Source: Amoebophrya sp. A120 (lineage: Eukaryota; Protista; Dinoflagellata). From it: a DNA stretch of 64,000 nucleotides. Below are positions 38,000-50,803 of this stretch, one piece after another. Where the stretch lies: assembly GCA_905178155.1 (NCBI GenBank), contig CAJINV010000009.1:620001-684000 (forward strand), written 5' to 3'. How positions within the stretch are numbered: the first letter of the stretch is position 1; each line of letters begins with the position of its first letter. A model generated the notes under the pieces. That model saw only the letters and a program-made list of their open reading frames with translations. It ran no database searches and was not told where the DNA came from. The translations under genes were made by a program, and so were the position numbers.

Positions 38000-39242
38000 A
38001 TGCGTCGGCTTCGCACGGTTCCGCTTTTGCTGCTGGCGGCGGAGCCACTCAAGGTCCTTGTGCAGAGTAGAACCGTCCCGAAACCACCGCGCAGGGCCGA
38101 CGGAGACGCTGCTCCAACCACCACGGTGCGGCAATTGAAGGGGCTCATGCAGCGCTTGCACTCCGTCGACCCACATGCATTTGACCTGCTCGGTGACGCC
38201 GTTGCAGCTGATAAGCAACAACTCAACCTAGCGAAGAACGGGCTCCAGCAGCCCAATGGTGCGACCACCATCTCGCTAGCTCGTTTGGAAAAAATGAGTG
38301 CCTCTACCTCCAGCAGTGACGTTGTGAAACAACTGTCCTCGGTTCTTGCCTCCATGAAACGGAAAAGTCCCAAGGAATTTGGCCAGGTATTGAACCTCGT
38401 GAAGGAAGTGAAGAGCTCGGACAAGAAGAAAGACCAAAATACCCAGCACCTTTCCAGCGCGTTCCTGCAACTCTCAGCCACTGCGGCAAAACTGAAAACC
38501 GAGCTGCAGACAGCAATTTTCAGTCGCGGCAAGGCCATGCAAATGAAGCAGCTCATCCATGATGTGCGGAAACTGGACCCGGCTGTAGTGGCGAAGGACG
38601 AAGCAAAGCTCAGTGGCCTGGTCTCCAAACTGCACGGAATGGATCCGAAGACGGCGGACATGGTGCAGGCCTTGGTAAGCTGCGAGGGATGCATGATTCA
38701 AATCGGAATCCGCTTGCTTTCTTGTCTTGTTGCTTGTTCGTCGTCCTCGCGGCCCATGAATTAATAAGCTGTTACAACATACAGAACTGCTTACTGCGTC
38801 ACATCACTGACTTTGGAACGTCGACGAGAACGACCTTTATCGACGTCGTTCACAGACAATCTACAAAGAATCAAAACCTAAATTAACCATAAACTCAATA
38901 CAGTTGAGCGCCGTGATGTCGTCATCCGCAAAAGCGCGGTCGCTGAAGAAGGGCGCGGCTGCAGGCGCTGGTAAGGTGTCGTTGCTGCAATTGGACCAGA
39001 AGATGCAGCTAAATTTGAAGAACGTGGTGGACCCCGTCAGTCAGGAGGAGCGCTTGCTGAAGATCCGGCCGCTGTTGATGAAGCTGGCGCGGTTGGACAG
39101 CAAAACCTTTGGGCACTTGGCTACGGTCGCGACATTTGCGCAGAACGCTGCGGACGAGAAACTGATGGCGGGCGACGCGACTGCGAATGGAAATGCTTTG
39201 GGTGCTGCGAAGAACAGCCAACCCACGATGCCGCTAGTGTAG
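38000..39242 (+). CDS. Putative secreted helical-repeat protein, 2 exons
   Basis: Signal-like MRRLRTVPLLLLAA; GT-AG intron 38675-38903; repeated LxxxL/VxxxDPxxF-like units. Confidence 0.7.
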
Positions 39243-40283
39243 AAGCGGAAGGAAGTGGAATCACGCGACTTCTTCGAGAAAAGTAGACGGCTTAGAAGAA
39301 GGGGAGGTGCGCTTGACGCATAGAAGAAGTTTTTCTTTTCGTGCAGTCTTTGGAATTTTGCAAATTGAAATCGCAGATTTAATTTTCCGAATGGAGATGA
39401 ATGACTCGCTCGGATATTTTTTTCCTCATTTTCGTCATATACAAATACGTACCGGTTTCGGTTTCAGTTCCAGTTGCAAGATGGAGAGTTTTTCATTAAC
39501 CCAAACCATGGATGACTACCACCGAGGAGCAGGACAAAAACAGTGATATCGACATCGAGGAAGTAGGGTGGTGTCACCACACACTTCGGCACTTCTACTT
39601 TTTTTGTTTTCCGCCGTGGTCGGGGTTTCGTCAATGCAGTAGCTGCTACTCGTGCTGCTCGTCATAGAAATTCTCATCAAAATCTACGCTCGAAATAATG
39701 TGGTGTCGTAATGTTGCTGTTGGATTGACTCGGGCTGCAAACATCGAACTAGACAGGGCATCCATTCGTCGTTTCAACGTGACTTGATGTACTTTCTAGT
39801 GGTGGCCTCATCAAAAAGAAAACAGATCGTTAGACAGTCGCGTTGGGTGGGACTACGTGCCACGTGTTCATCGTTCTCTTGGGGTAACGCAGAAAAATAT
39901 CGCTTTCATCCTTTGTGATCTCATATACATTACCATCCTCCTCGTCATATGCTCACCATCTGACAACTCAAACGTACCCACAACCGCGAACGCCTTCAAA
40001 AGGAAAAGTTGTCTTCAATCCTCTTGTTCATGTTTCTTCATTCCTAATTTGACGGTATGGTCAGATCGTCAGTCATCAAGGTTAGGCTTTTAATATTTTT
40101 CTTTTGTTCCGACGAGAAATTCGCATTTGTTTTCTTTTGTTCCGACGTGTTGTGCATCTTGGAGTCTTCCCGCACGAAGCCAGGTCATGATTTTCCGTGC
40201 GCGTTCAAAGTAAGATTTGAATCTATGATGACTCTCAACCTGCTCATGAGATCTGTTCGATGGTGGAGTTAGCTTAATGTGAA

Positions 40284-43200
40284 ATGATGGACCAACATCT
40301 CGCGATGAGGACGACGTCGCCGTCTTTGGTCTACGAGGATGGGAATCGGTTCAGTCCCCAATCCTCTCGTTGTCGAGGTGAGAATCTTTCCGGCCACAGA
40401 GAAGACCTTCCGTTGCTTACGAGTCTGGAGCTGGACGCGAGGAGAAATGAGGATATTAAAAGGACGATCTCATTATCATCAACTCCGTCTTCGTCTTCCA
40501 CAAATCCAAGTCCGTTCACGACTGTTCCGCTAGGCAAACGCCTGACTCCGCCGGCTCCGGGCCGTTGCTCTCCTCGTGGCATGGCAGGAAGACAGGTTGC
40601 CAAGTTTCTCTTTTTCAGCGCAACATCGACGCAGCAGATACTCCACGCTGCCTGTAAAGCGGAGGATACCGTTGCATCCGCGGTGTTGAGTGGGGCTTTT
40701 GTTGACACGACGACGAACCGACAAACCACGCAAAATCTTCGCGGAACGGCAACAAATATAGGAACACCGGTGGAATTGGCGCAAGGTCAAAGCTCTACTG
40801 GCGCGGACACGACGAATATCAACGGGGGAGTGGTGAACCTTGACAAAAGTCCTGTAACGTCAGAGCAGCCTGGTCCACTGCAGCAGGGCGATAGTACTCG
40901 TGGTGTTGCAGAAGCTAGTACAGGAAATGTTGACGACGGTCTGTCATCGCATCTGCAGCAAACACAAGCGCCTGGTGAGGAGAACGTGGTTGACGGCACA
41001 TCGAACACTCTAACCACGTCCGGCCCTCCCGGTCCCTCTTCAGGGGTAGCAACAGCAACGGATGACGGCAGCGGCTCCTCTTCTTCAAGTAGCAGCACAG
41101 GAGCCGTCGCTTCGGGCGACGCGGCTGGTGACAAAAAGATAGGACTTCCAGTGTCGCCGTTACTGCACTCGTCCTCTGCAACGTCGTCCGGAGCAAATAA
41201 CGCAAACGGTAATAATGCTGCGAAAGGCGAGCAACTTTCGAACGCGTTTTCGGCTGCCGGATCAGCTGCACTGAATTCCCCGCAGATGCAACAGGACGGC
41301 TTCGTAACGAAATTTATCGCGAACATCGCGCTGCTGTCTTCCGTGGCGCTAATGTTATCCCCGGCACAGTTTTTCTACCAGCTTGTGATAACGCGCGGCG
41401 AAAATATCAAACAGAGTCGAAAGCAGCTGATTCTCCTGCTCCCCTACCTGCTTCTTTGGGTATCAGCGATGCTGTGGGCGACCTGGGCGTACCTAGACAG
41501 CCGCCCGGAGATTTTCCAACTGCAGTGTCTGGGTGCAGTGGTCTACGGCTTCTACGTTGTGATCTTCTGCTGCGGCGCCACCGCCGCACAGAAGGGACAA
41601 ATCCAGTCCGTCGTCGCAGGGACAATGGCACTTGTTTCCTTTACCAGCCTGCAGGGAGCGTGTGTCATGGATCCGAAACATAGTACCACTTCTCGTTATC
41701 TTGATCTACGTAAAACGACTTGCTGTGTGTAGTACGAGTACCTACTTGAAACCATATTTATTTTTATAGAAGAATCAAACTGAGCCTGATTCAGGCTCAG
41801 GTCTTTTTGAAAGCCAGCGAAAGACTACGACGATGTCGGCACCATCTCTGCTTGATGCTAGTGGAGCAAAGATTTTGTGAAAATCAAATTTATCGCAATT
41901 CGACACCCAGGTAAATTTCTCTTCGCCTACTCCGCCCTGAGCTTCCAAATTCTGTTGTACATGGTTCCGTTTATCCAGCTTGCAGACGTCGTTCGCACCG
42001 GCGTGGTGGCGGTTTTTCCTTTGCCGCTTTGCTTTGTCTCCATGATGTCTTCTTTTTTGTGGACCTACTACTCGTGGATCAAATGGAGCCCCGCGTTTTG
42101 GTACTCTTCGTATTTTTCATGGTTTGAAAATTATGAGCAAGTCGCTTTACAACTTACTACAGATCATGAGCAAGTCTAACATAAAGATCGTCCCTACACC
42201 AGCCGACTTGGTGTTGAATGAACGTGGGTGTTTCGCTATCGCGCCCGCATTTGCAGTGTGTGTGTGTGTGTGTGTGTTTTTTTCTGATATTCTACCATTG
42301 CAAACAATTTGCATACACAGGGCCGCGTCCCTCGCGGGTTTTGTCTTCAACGGGATGCAGGTTTCCGTCGTTCTCTACATTCAATGGAAATACGGCAAAT
42401 CCATCGTGGACTCCTGCAAGCTTGAAGCGCCGATAGCCAACGGCCGGCTCCCGTTTCTCATGCAGCACGGGTACCAGATCGATCTGCGAAAGGCTCGGAG
42501 CATGCGTTCGCAGTTTCGGAGTAAGATGGGCACGACCATAAAGGCGGAGGATCACGTTTTCTACAACCAACACCTACACTCCGGGGATCTGCATTATGGA
42601 TGTGTCAGGTTTGAAATCGTCAGAGTTGAAATAGTTTGCAATGCATAAAATGGATGCCAGTTGGAGCCCAGTTTTCAAGTGGCGCATGACAAGTTTTCGC
42701 GGTGCCTAAATCCAGTTTGTAATGCTGTTTGGGTAAGGAAGACGCCTTTTGTCATGCTACTTAAGCAGCTGTATTCCTACCCCTCAACAGGCTTGCAATC
42801 TGCCTCCCTTGCCTACTCTGCAAGACAGGAACTTTGCGGGTTGCATTTTATGCATCACAAATTATTTCAACTTTGACGATTTCAATCCTGACGCTTCCAT
42901 ATGCATCCTCTCGGCAGTCGCGTGGGCGACGGGAGCGTGCTGATCGACCACGGAATGACGGGCCAGGAAATTACGGAAACTGGGTTCGGTATGGAAGCGT
43001 CAGGATTGAAATCGTCAAAGTTGAAATAATTTCTCACGCATAAACTGCAAGGCATGAAGTGCCTCTCTTGCAGGGACCGCAAGTGAGGCCGACTGTCAGC
43101 CTGTTTGGGGTCTGCGGTAGAGCTGCTGAAGTAGCATGACAAAAGACGCCTTCTGTCCCAAAACAGCATGACAAACTGGATTTAGACGCGGCCGGCATTT

Positions 43201-43411
43201 GTCATGCACCGCTTGAAAATTGGGCTTCCAACTGGTATCGATTTTATGCATTACAAGTTATTTCAACTTTGTCGATTTCAAGCCTGACACTCCCATATCC
43301 GGAGGCGGGACCGGCAAAGGGGGAGGCACAGGCGGGAAAAATGGTGGGGCTGCCACTGGAGGCTCGAAACCGGGAGAGAGGACGCGACTGCTACACGCAA
43401 CCCGCTTGTAA
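40284..43411 (+). CDS. SWEET: SWEET (MtN3/saliva) sugar transporter with long N-terminal extension
   Basis: Two MtN3 repeats: IANIALLSSVALMLSPAQFFYQLV..LPYLLLWVSAMLWATW and ILLYMVPFIQLADVVRTG..PLPLCFVSMMSSFLWTYY. GT-AG introns 41683-41910 and 42101-42320 plus two TIR introners; ends GERTRLLHATRL*. Confidence 0.85.
42256..42277. repeat. (GT)11 microsatellite in SWEET intron
   Basis: Direct reading of the sequence. Confidence 0.9.
42595..42901 (+). mobile_element. TIR introner family B, copy 1 (307 bp)
   Basis: 39-bp TIR with 4 mismatches (tatggatgtgtcaggtttgaaatcgtcagagttgaaata); DR tgcat (42590-94 / 42902-06). Removing 312 nt gives HSGDLH-PLGSRVG in frame. Confidence 0.92.
42990..43297 (-). 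mobile_element. TIR introner family B, copy 2 (308 bp), inverted relative to copy 1
   Basis: Starts tatggaagcgtcaggattgaaatcg, the reverse complement of the copy 1 3' end; its internal sequence is also the reverse complement of copy 1. DR ttcgg/tccgg. Removing 313 nt gives TGFG-GGTGKG in frame. Confidence 0.9.
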
Positions 43412-44800
43412 AAAGTTGACATTGATTTTTGAACAAGTGAACACAGGCGCTGAGTTGTATGTCATCGACAATATTTTTTAAGAAGAGCGACGGCGTCCTC
43501 CTGTGATCGTGGCGACGTCAACTGGTTCGAAAGAAGATCGAGATGACCACATTGAAGCGCTGCCAATTGGCCTTGTATGCCTTCTCAATAAGTGAAGACG
43601 TAACTGCTTGTCCCTTAGGTTACTACTGACGAGCCCAAATGTGATGAAATTGAAGGACGATTTCCACCGCCATCTTCATGTAGCTTCAAGCTTGTAAAAA
43701 TTAAGATTGTAAACGACTTCTTCCGATGTTTGAATTCGTACTCCAATCAATCCAATAGTTTTCATGTACAAGAAGAGGGTGGGCGAGCTCTAACCTAATG
43801 TGTAAACAAACGACCAAGACATAATTTAGTATTTCGAAGAAAGAGAAAGACAAAAAACTGCCTTGCTTTTTCTCGAAAGCATTAAACCACGGCCAGCGGA
43901 GTATGATTTTAAGCAGGACCACCGTTGTCGTTTTGTCTTGGCCTGTTGCGTGCTTCTTATTTTGTTGCCGTCGCATCAAACGAACGCGGCGCGCTAGAGA
44001 AAAAGCTGTGTGTCTCCTGATCGTGTTGCTTCTGGACCCGTAGAAAGCAAAATCGGCGACGTGGTATATTCCAGAACTACAAGGAGCTCAGATCGTCCCG
44101 ATTCTTTTGTGAATGAGGGGAATTGGCTCTGGTTTCAAAGTTTCTGGATCGATCGAATTGACTTGTTGTTGAACAACACGACACGATAAATAAATGTAGT
44201 CCAATAGAAATCATCTCCAATGTAGCCTGGGCGACTCCATGCGAAGGATCTAGGACGAGATCGAAAAATCATAATCACCGAGAAACAGAAAGAGCGCTGT
44301 GGCTGTATTAGCATTTCCAGCCGAATTGCAAACTCGAACAAGCCTAATTAATATGCCGAAATTTTTACCACACTTCGTAGCCAAATCAAATTCAAATCTG
44401 TCTCTGTGCCTCAAACGCATGACAAAGGGGAGACAAAGACAAGAATGTGATTTTGACCATCTTTCAAGGAGAACTAACAGGAGCTGCAAAGCGCAAATGG
44501 ACACGCGGCCTCTCAACAGTTTAAACTTAGAAAATTCCATCGCGACGCCGCAATAATTGTTGATCTTGCCGCACAGAGGCGCCAGCTTCAGACAGAGTCA
44601 GAAACAGAATCAGTGCCGTTTTCTAGATATTCAGTTGTGGAGATAGAAGAAAAACACAGAAAAACCTGAAATCGTTGTCCATCCCTATTCGTCATACTTT
44701 ACCAGCTGCAACAAAGTTAAACAAAGACGAAGTAGCAAAATAATAATTTGTCTTCCCCTGCTCATCCAAGAAGTATTTTCCACCAGACAACGCAGCACAA

Positions 44801-46829
44801 ATGTCGGGCAAGGGCGCCACTGAGGACCCGAAGGGCATTTACGCTTCTTTGGAAATCGAAGCCGGGTGCTGCAACGACGACCAAATCAAAAAAGCCTATC
44901 GGAAACTTGCTCTCAAGTGGCACCCTGACAAAAACACCGATCGAAAAGAGGAGGTAGATGACTTTTTTGGATGCTTTTCTGTACAACTTGTTGTGGAATC
45001 TCGGCGAACTGTTGAAAAATTTGATGTATTTTTCTATCACTATTTTTAGTTAGAAGTTGCGCTTGGGCTTGCGCTTGCAAAAAGTGCCACGATATTTACT
45101 GCATTTCCTCTCGCCAGCACGACTCGCACGACCACGACATAGTAGACATTCGTATCTTCATGGCCATCTTGCACAACAACTCCAACTCGGCATGAAATAA
45201 TTAATGAACAGGCCACCGCCCAGTTCCAGAAGATCTCTAATGCGTACCAAGTTCTCTCTGATCCAGACAAGAAGGCCCACTACGACCAAACCGGCCGGGT
45301 ACTGGGCAGTGACGAGGACGATGAGCACGGCTTCGGGGCGGGCGGCATGGACATGGATGATATGATGAATATTTTTGCGGCGGCGTTCGGCGGTCCAGGT
45401 GGCCTCGGCGGGCTGTTCGGAGGCGGTGGGTTCATGTTTGGCGGTGGCGGGGGCATGCGCATGGGCGGAGGGGGGCGCCGGGGCGGCGGCGGTGTTAACG
45501 TCATGCACATGGGCGGCTTTGGCGACGACGACGATCTGGTCTTTCAGATGGGCGGAATGGGCGGCGCAGGAGGTATTAGCGATTTTTATTAGGTCGCCAT
45601 CACTGTGGATAATATATATAAATTTAAATATTAGTTTTTGCGCTTTTTCTCCACTGCGCTGTCGTTATCCCAGTTTTTGAGTGCTAGTGATAGATCAACA
45701 TGACCATGTTGACATACTCGTGAATTTGTTTTTCACGAAAAGGAAAATTACGCAATTCTTTCGACAAATAAATCCAGGCAACATGTTTGTTTTCGGTGAC
45801 GATAGCGGAGACGAGGACGGAATGGACGCCTCAGATTTTGAAGACAGCGACATGGATGAAGCCGAAATAATGCGACTCCTGATGGGCGGCAACCTACCAG
45901 GTTTCGGTGGCGGCAGCGGCCGCAGAGGCAACAAAGGGCGCGGCAAGAATGCCGGCAAAGCAGGCAAGCGGAATGGAAGAACAACAGGCCCTGCGTCGTC
46001 CGCCGGCTTTTATTTTCAGAACCGAAATGCGGCCCAGAATAACTCCAAACAATCCGCCAGCAGCTCCGCCGCCTCTCCAACGGAGCCTGCAGTGCCCTCA
46101 GAGCAGACCACTGCAAGCAAAAAGAAGAAAAACAAGAAGAAGAAAGCAGGAGCCGGCGCTGCAGCCGCCGATGTGGGGACAGGTGCAGGAGCTACGCCGA
46201 GCACAACAGCGGCCTCAACCACAGGCGCGAGCTCATCGTCGTCCAGTAGCCAGGCAACTACAAAAGCAACACAAGCCGCATCTTCTAGCAGTTCTACCGC
46301 GGCACCAGCGTCGTCAAGTGCCGACGCCCAAGCGACGGGCAAAAAAAAGAAGTCCGGAGCCGCGAAGAGAAAACGCGCACAGGACAACAAAGCCCAGGAG
46401 GATCAAGTGGAGCAGGCGAAGCGAAATGTGCCGTCCGCCCCGACCGCCCCGAACGGCGCCGCTAATCGCAGCTCCGCTGTTAACTCTTTTTTTAGCTCGT
46501 TGGGCATGAGCCGCCCAGGAGGCATCGATTCTGACGAGTTCGATTCGGACGACCTCGCAGACCTGCAGGAAGCCTACGAGGACGACGACGAAAGCGACAG
46601 CAGCGGAGAGGAGTTCAGTTCATTCGGCAATTTTGCTCGAATGATGGCGGGGGACATCGGGGGCGGTCGGGGCCCGCGCGGCGGAGGAGACCCACTCGGC
46701 ATGATGTCCGACGACCTCCTCGAGGCCGCCTTCATGCAGGAAGTGATGCGCGGCGCCGGACCTGGACCCTCCGGAAAAGGCGGCGGAAAGACAGGTGGGA
46801 GAGGAAAAGCGGGCGGCCGGAGAAGATGA
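44801..46829 (+). CDS. dnaJ: DnaJ/Hsp40 J-domain protein with G/F-rich region and low-complexity tail
   Basis: [38 protein letters not shown]; GT-AG introns 44954-45211 and 45573-45777. Confidence 0.92.
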
Positions 46830-48457
46830 CTGATGAGCATGAGTGTGCATGATCATTTTGATTTTCCGTCGAGGAAGAAATGCGAGGCGGGAGTTCGAGA
46901 CTCCTGATGATATTCGTCTCTAAGGTTGTCATCCTCATCTGCAGCTCCATTTGGTAATTGTTTCACTTGCGTCGTTGTCATCTACGCCCCTTCATTACAA
47001 GTCAAGTTAGCATTTTTACCACCTACACGACTTTCAAGAACGCACCTTCGCCCTTCAGTGCGAGTGTGTTTTTGCGTGCTCCGGGCGGGCAGGAAGATGG
47101 GACAAGCTTCAGCACGACCCTCGGACAAGCTTCCTGAGAGTTGTTCGAGGGCAGGACGAGCAGCAAGTTTCCATTGCGACCAATGATTTTCATGAGCATA
47201 CAGAATACGTCTACAATTCGTTGCATCTTCCTCCCAGAAGACTTATCATGAATATAGTCAATCGCATCAGTGTAGTGGCTTTGGCAAAAACTCAGCGGAA
47301 GTTGTATCTGCACCTGCACGTTGATGAATTTTCCATGTGGTTCACGGAGCCACGACCATTGATTGGTATTCTTGTTGAGAAGTGCATCGCCTCCTGAGCT
47401 TGATTTTGATGGCGAATTTGCTCGGATCTCCTTTTCCGAGAGGACTATCTTGAAATGCAGCGACAACCCAATACTGATAGTGCATCAGCTCCTTTGTTTA
47501 CAGCGTCCAAGTCGAACTGCAGACGAGATTTGATGCTGTCCGAGCCGCGAGAGCGACATTTTCAAAATCCTACGTCGCAGGCATGGAGTACGAGCAGCCG
47601 CGTCTACGCTCTACGTTCCTTCTTCTATTGACAAAGTGTCGATCTTTGCAGTGTTCCTTGTACAGAACTTTTCTCATGAGATCGCATTCACGAGATGCAC
47701 AAAAGGACCGACAGCTTGATCACGCTTGTTCTTCAAAATCATCTTGCGAGCGGCTACCTAAATGGCCAAAGCAGATCTTTTCTGTACACTTTTCTTTTCG
47801 CGAGCCGGCAAATTGTTGAGTTTCGCTGCAAACGCAAGAGGACCAAGCAGATGTTGACAAATTTCTTTCTTTGGAATCCCGATTATCGTATCTAAATTTT
47901 CGACGTTGGGTCGTAGCAGATAGAGATCATTTTCTCATGACGAAGATGTCAGCACGATCCACCGCTATCGTGTTCTAGTAGGATGAGCCAACATTTCGTA
48001 TTGAATGCCCCTGATCTTCTATATTTTATTTATATGTTTTTTGGTTGTATTAAGTCTAAGGCTAAGGGGCGGCCTCGGCCTGTCTCTTCAAAATGTTTCT
48101 AAAGCGAAACTAGATCGACAAACACCTCCGCAAGAAAGCGTGCGAACATTTACCGAAGATATTTTCGATCACCAGAAACACAAACAGTAACGACCCGATT
48201 GTCCATTGTATCTATCACCGTAGCAAGGAAGATTGTGAACGACAGCATCGGTACCCCCGCACCAAGATGAACACCATGAATAATCAACATTTTTGAGCAC
48301 CATAGGGATAGAGCAAGTGCTTGGTGCTGTTTTGTGTCCCCCCCGCATCAACTTGTGCCAGACCACCCTTCGCTCTATTAACCCTATTCGATTCCTAAAA
48401 GGAGCAGAATGATCCGCAGCCTCTATATACAGTGAAACTTCCGACACCTCCAACAAA

Positions 48458-50803
48458 ATGAACAACTCCACGAACTATTGGCAGCGGGCCAATGACAAGG
48501 GCAAGGAGAAAAAGAAGGAAAATCCTCGGGTGTACCTGGATGTGCAGATCGGGCGCCGAACCGGTGGTCGCGTGGTATTCGAGCTATTCCTCGATGCCAC
48601 GCCGACGATGGCCGAAAATTTCCGGCTTTTGTGCACCGGGGAAAGGGGACGCAGTCCGTTTTCGAAGAAAGATCTGACCTACGCGGCGAGCAAGATAACA
48701 ACCATCGAGCGGGGAATCGGCTTCACTGCCGGTGACTTTGTCCACAACACGGGAAAGACGCTGGGAGAATGTATGAATTTGATGTTCATCTGGCGTTTGA
48801 TGATAAAAAGATATCAGTACAACTGTTACGCAGGACGCGCATACTTGTAGTACTTATTTGCATCAGGTACCAGCGTGCTACTTGTGATATTGGCGATCGT
48901 TTTCATTCACCTGTTCTGTGGTGATGTCGTGACCTTCGAAACTTGTTCTCTAAATGAATCTGAAAAAAACAGGCGCGTTTGGCAACCCAGACGGTTTCCG
49001 CTCGGAGGGGTTCGGGGTGCGGAAGCACGCCAACGCCGGAATCTTGTCCATGTATGTGGACGAGGACAAGCGACGGTGTCACTCGAAATTCCACGTCACC
49101 TTCAAGAAGGCACGGATCCTGGACCGGAAGCACATCGTGTTTGGCTATGTGGTGGACGGTATGGACGTCGTGCGTGCGATCGAGAAAGTCCCAGTGGAAA
49201 CCAACGAAACGCCGCGGGTTCCCGTGGTGATCACAGGCAGTGGGGAGTTGAAGCCGGAGGAAATCCAGGCACTCGCAGAAAAACAAAAGAAGGCGAAGAT
49301 GTATCAGCTGAACATGGCGAATGGTAGTGAAGAAATTAACTTCAATAGCTTTTTTCAAGAACCCGCGGACACAAGCATTTTTGTCGTTTTTCGTAAGAAG
49401 TTCGCTCAGGAGGTGCTCGATCACTCTTATGGCCAATTAACCAAAATTGGAATACGCACTTCTGATTCTGCTCGGATCTACGATTAGTGATTTCCATTTG
49501 ATCTAGTAGAACTAGCCTGTGCACCCGCCTGTCTGAAGAAAATAGTATTTTTCGAATAATCTCCACTACAGTCGGCGCGGACCTTCTGATGAACCCAAAA
49601 CTGAACGCCAACGCGGCCTTTGCCGCGAAGGAGGGCGAGGAGCCGGCGGAGGACGAGATTGCGTTCGACCCGTCCAGCGCCGCCGGGCCGCGGATGCAGT
49701 CCCCTGACCCGGACGGGGACGAGGACTCCGACGAGGAGGAGGATCCCGAGGTGGAGAAAATGCGAAAAAAGCTCGCGGAGGAGTCAGAGTCGGACGACGA
49801 CCAGGACGGCGCCTTTGGCCAACGCAAGATCCAAAAAGTGGTGCCGCAGCTGGGCGCGAAGAGCAGCGACGGGAGCTATTTGAATCAGTCGGGCGAAAAG
49901 TTGCTTGCGGACGAGCTCGCGAAGGGCTTTGAGGAAGAGGGTGAGGACGGTGGTGACGGTGCCCCACAGATCGGAATCAAGATAAAGAAAGTCGCTGGCG
50001 GACGAGGCGCGGCTGCGTCTTCTTCGTCAACCGGTGGATCACGACACGCAGGGGCGAGCAGTTCTTCAGCCGTAGTTCCCGGCGCACAGCCTGTGGAGAA
50101 CCGGAAGGACCGACTAGCGAATCTTCGCCTGAAGATGAACCAGGGGCGACAGCAGAACGTGACGGCGGTGCTCGAGGAGAAGAACAAACACGACAAGGGG
50201 ATAATAACGTACTACAAGTACCAGCAGGAGAACAAGGACAAGGCCGACAAGAAGCAGCTACAGGACGAGTTGGCGGAGTTGGTGGAGGAGGGGAAACTGA
50301 ACCCGGACGCACTGACCGCACGGCGGCGGGCCGCCGCGCCCAAGGGGAAGGAGTACCTGCAGGAGCCGATGGAGATCTCCATGGCGAAGGAGATGAAGAA
50401 GCGGAAGAAGATGACTGCAGATGAGAACATCGCGTACAATGTGTTCAACCAGGACTCGCTCTACCGCGCACAGGAGAAGCGCAACAACGAGATCGTCTTC
50501 GACCACCACTCCTACCAACAGCAGAAGAAGGAGCTGGGCGAGGACGTGTTCTACAACGACCGCGCGCAGTACCTGGTGTCCGGGTTCAAGGAGACGCCGG
50601 CAAATAAGCAAAAGTTCCTGGACGCCATGGCCAAGGCGGAGGAAAAGAAGAACGCCTTCTCCCGCCGCCGCACGCACGTCGACGACGCGGACTTCCAGCA
50701 CATCAACGAACGAAACCGGGTGTACAACCAGAAAATGGACCGCTTCTACGGCGACCACACGCTGGAGATCCGCCAGAACCTGGAACGCGGAACCGCCTTG
50801 TAG
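48458..50803 (+). CDS. SYF2: Cyclophilin-like domain fused to SYF2 pre-mRNA splicing factor domain
   Basis: NPRVYLD..ELFLDATPTMAENFRLLCTGERG..LDRKHIVFGYVVDGMDVV; C-terminal FSRRR..INERNRVYNQKMDRFYG..EIRQNLERGTAL. GT-AG introns 48771-48972 and 49324-49571 join the two domains in frame. Confidence 0.9.
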
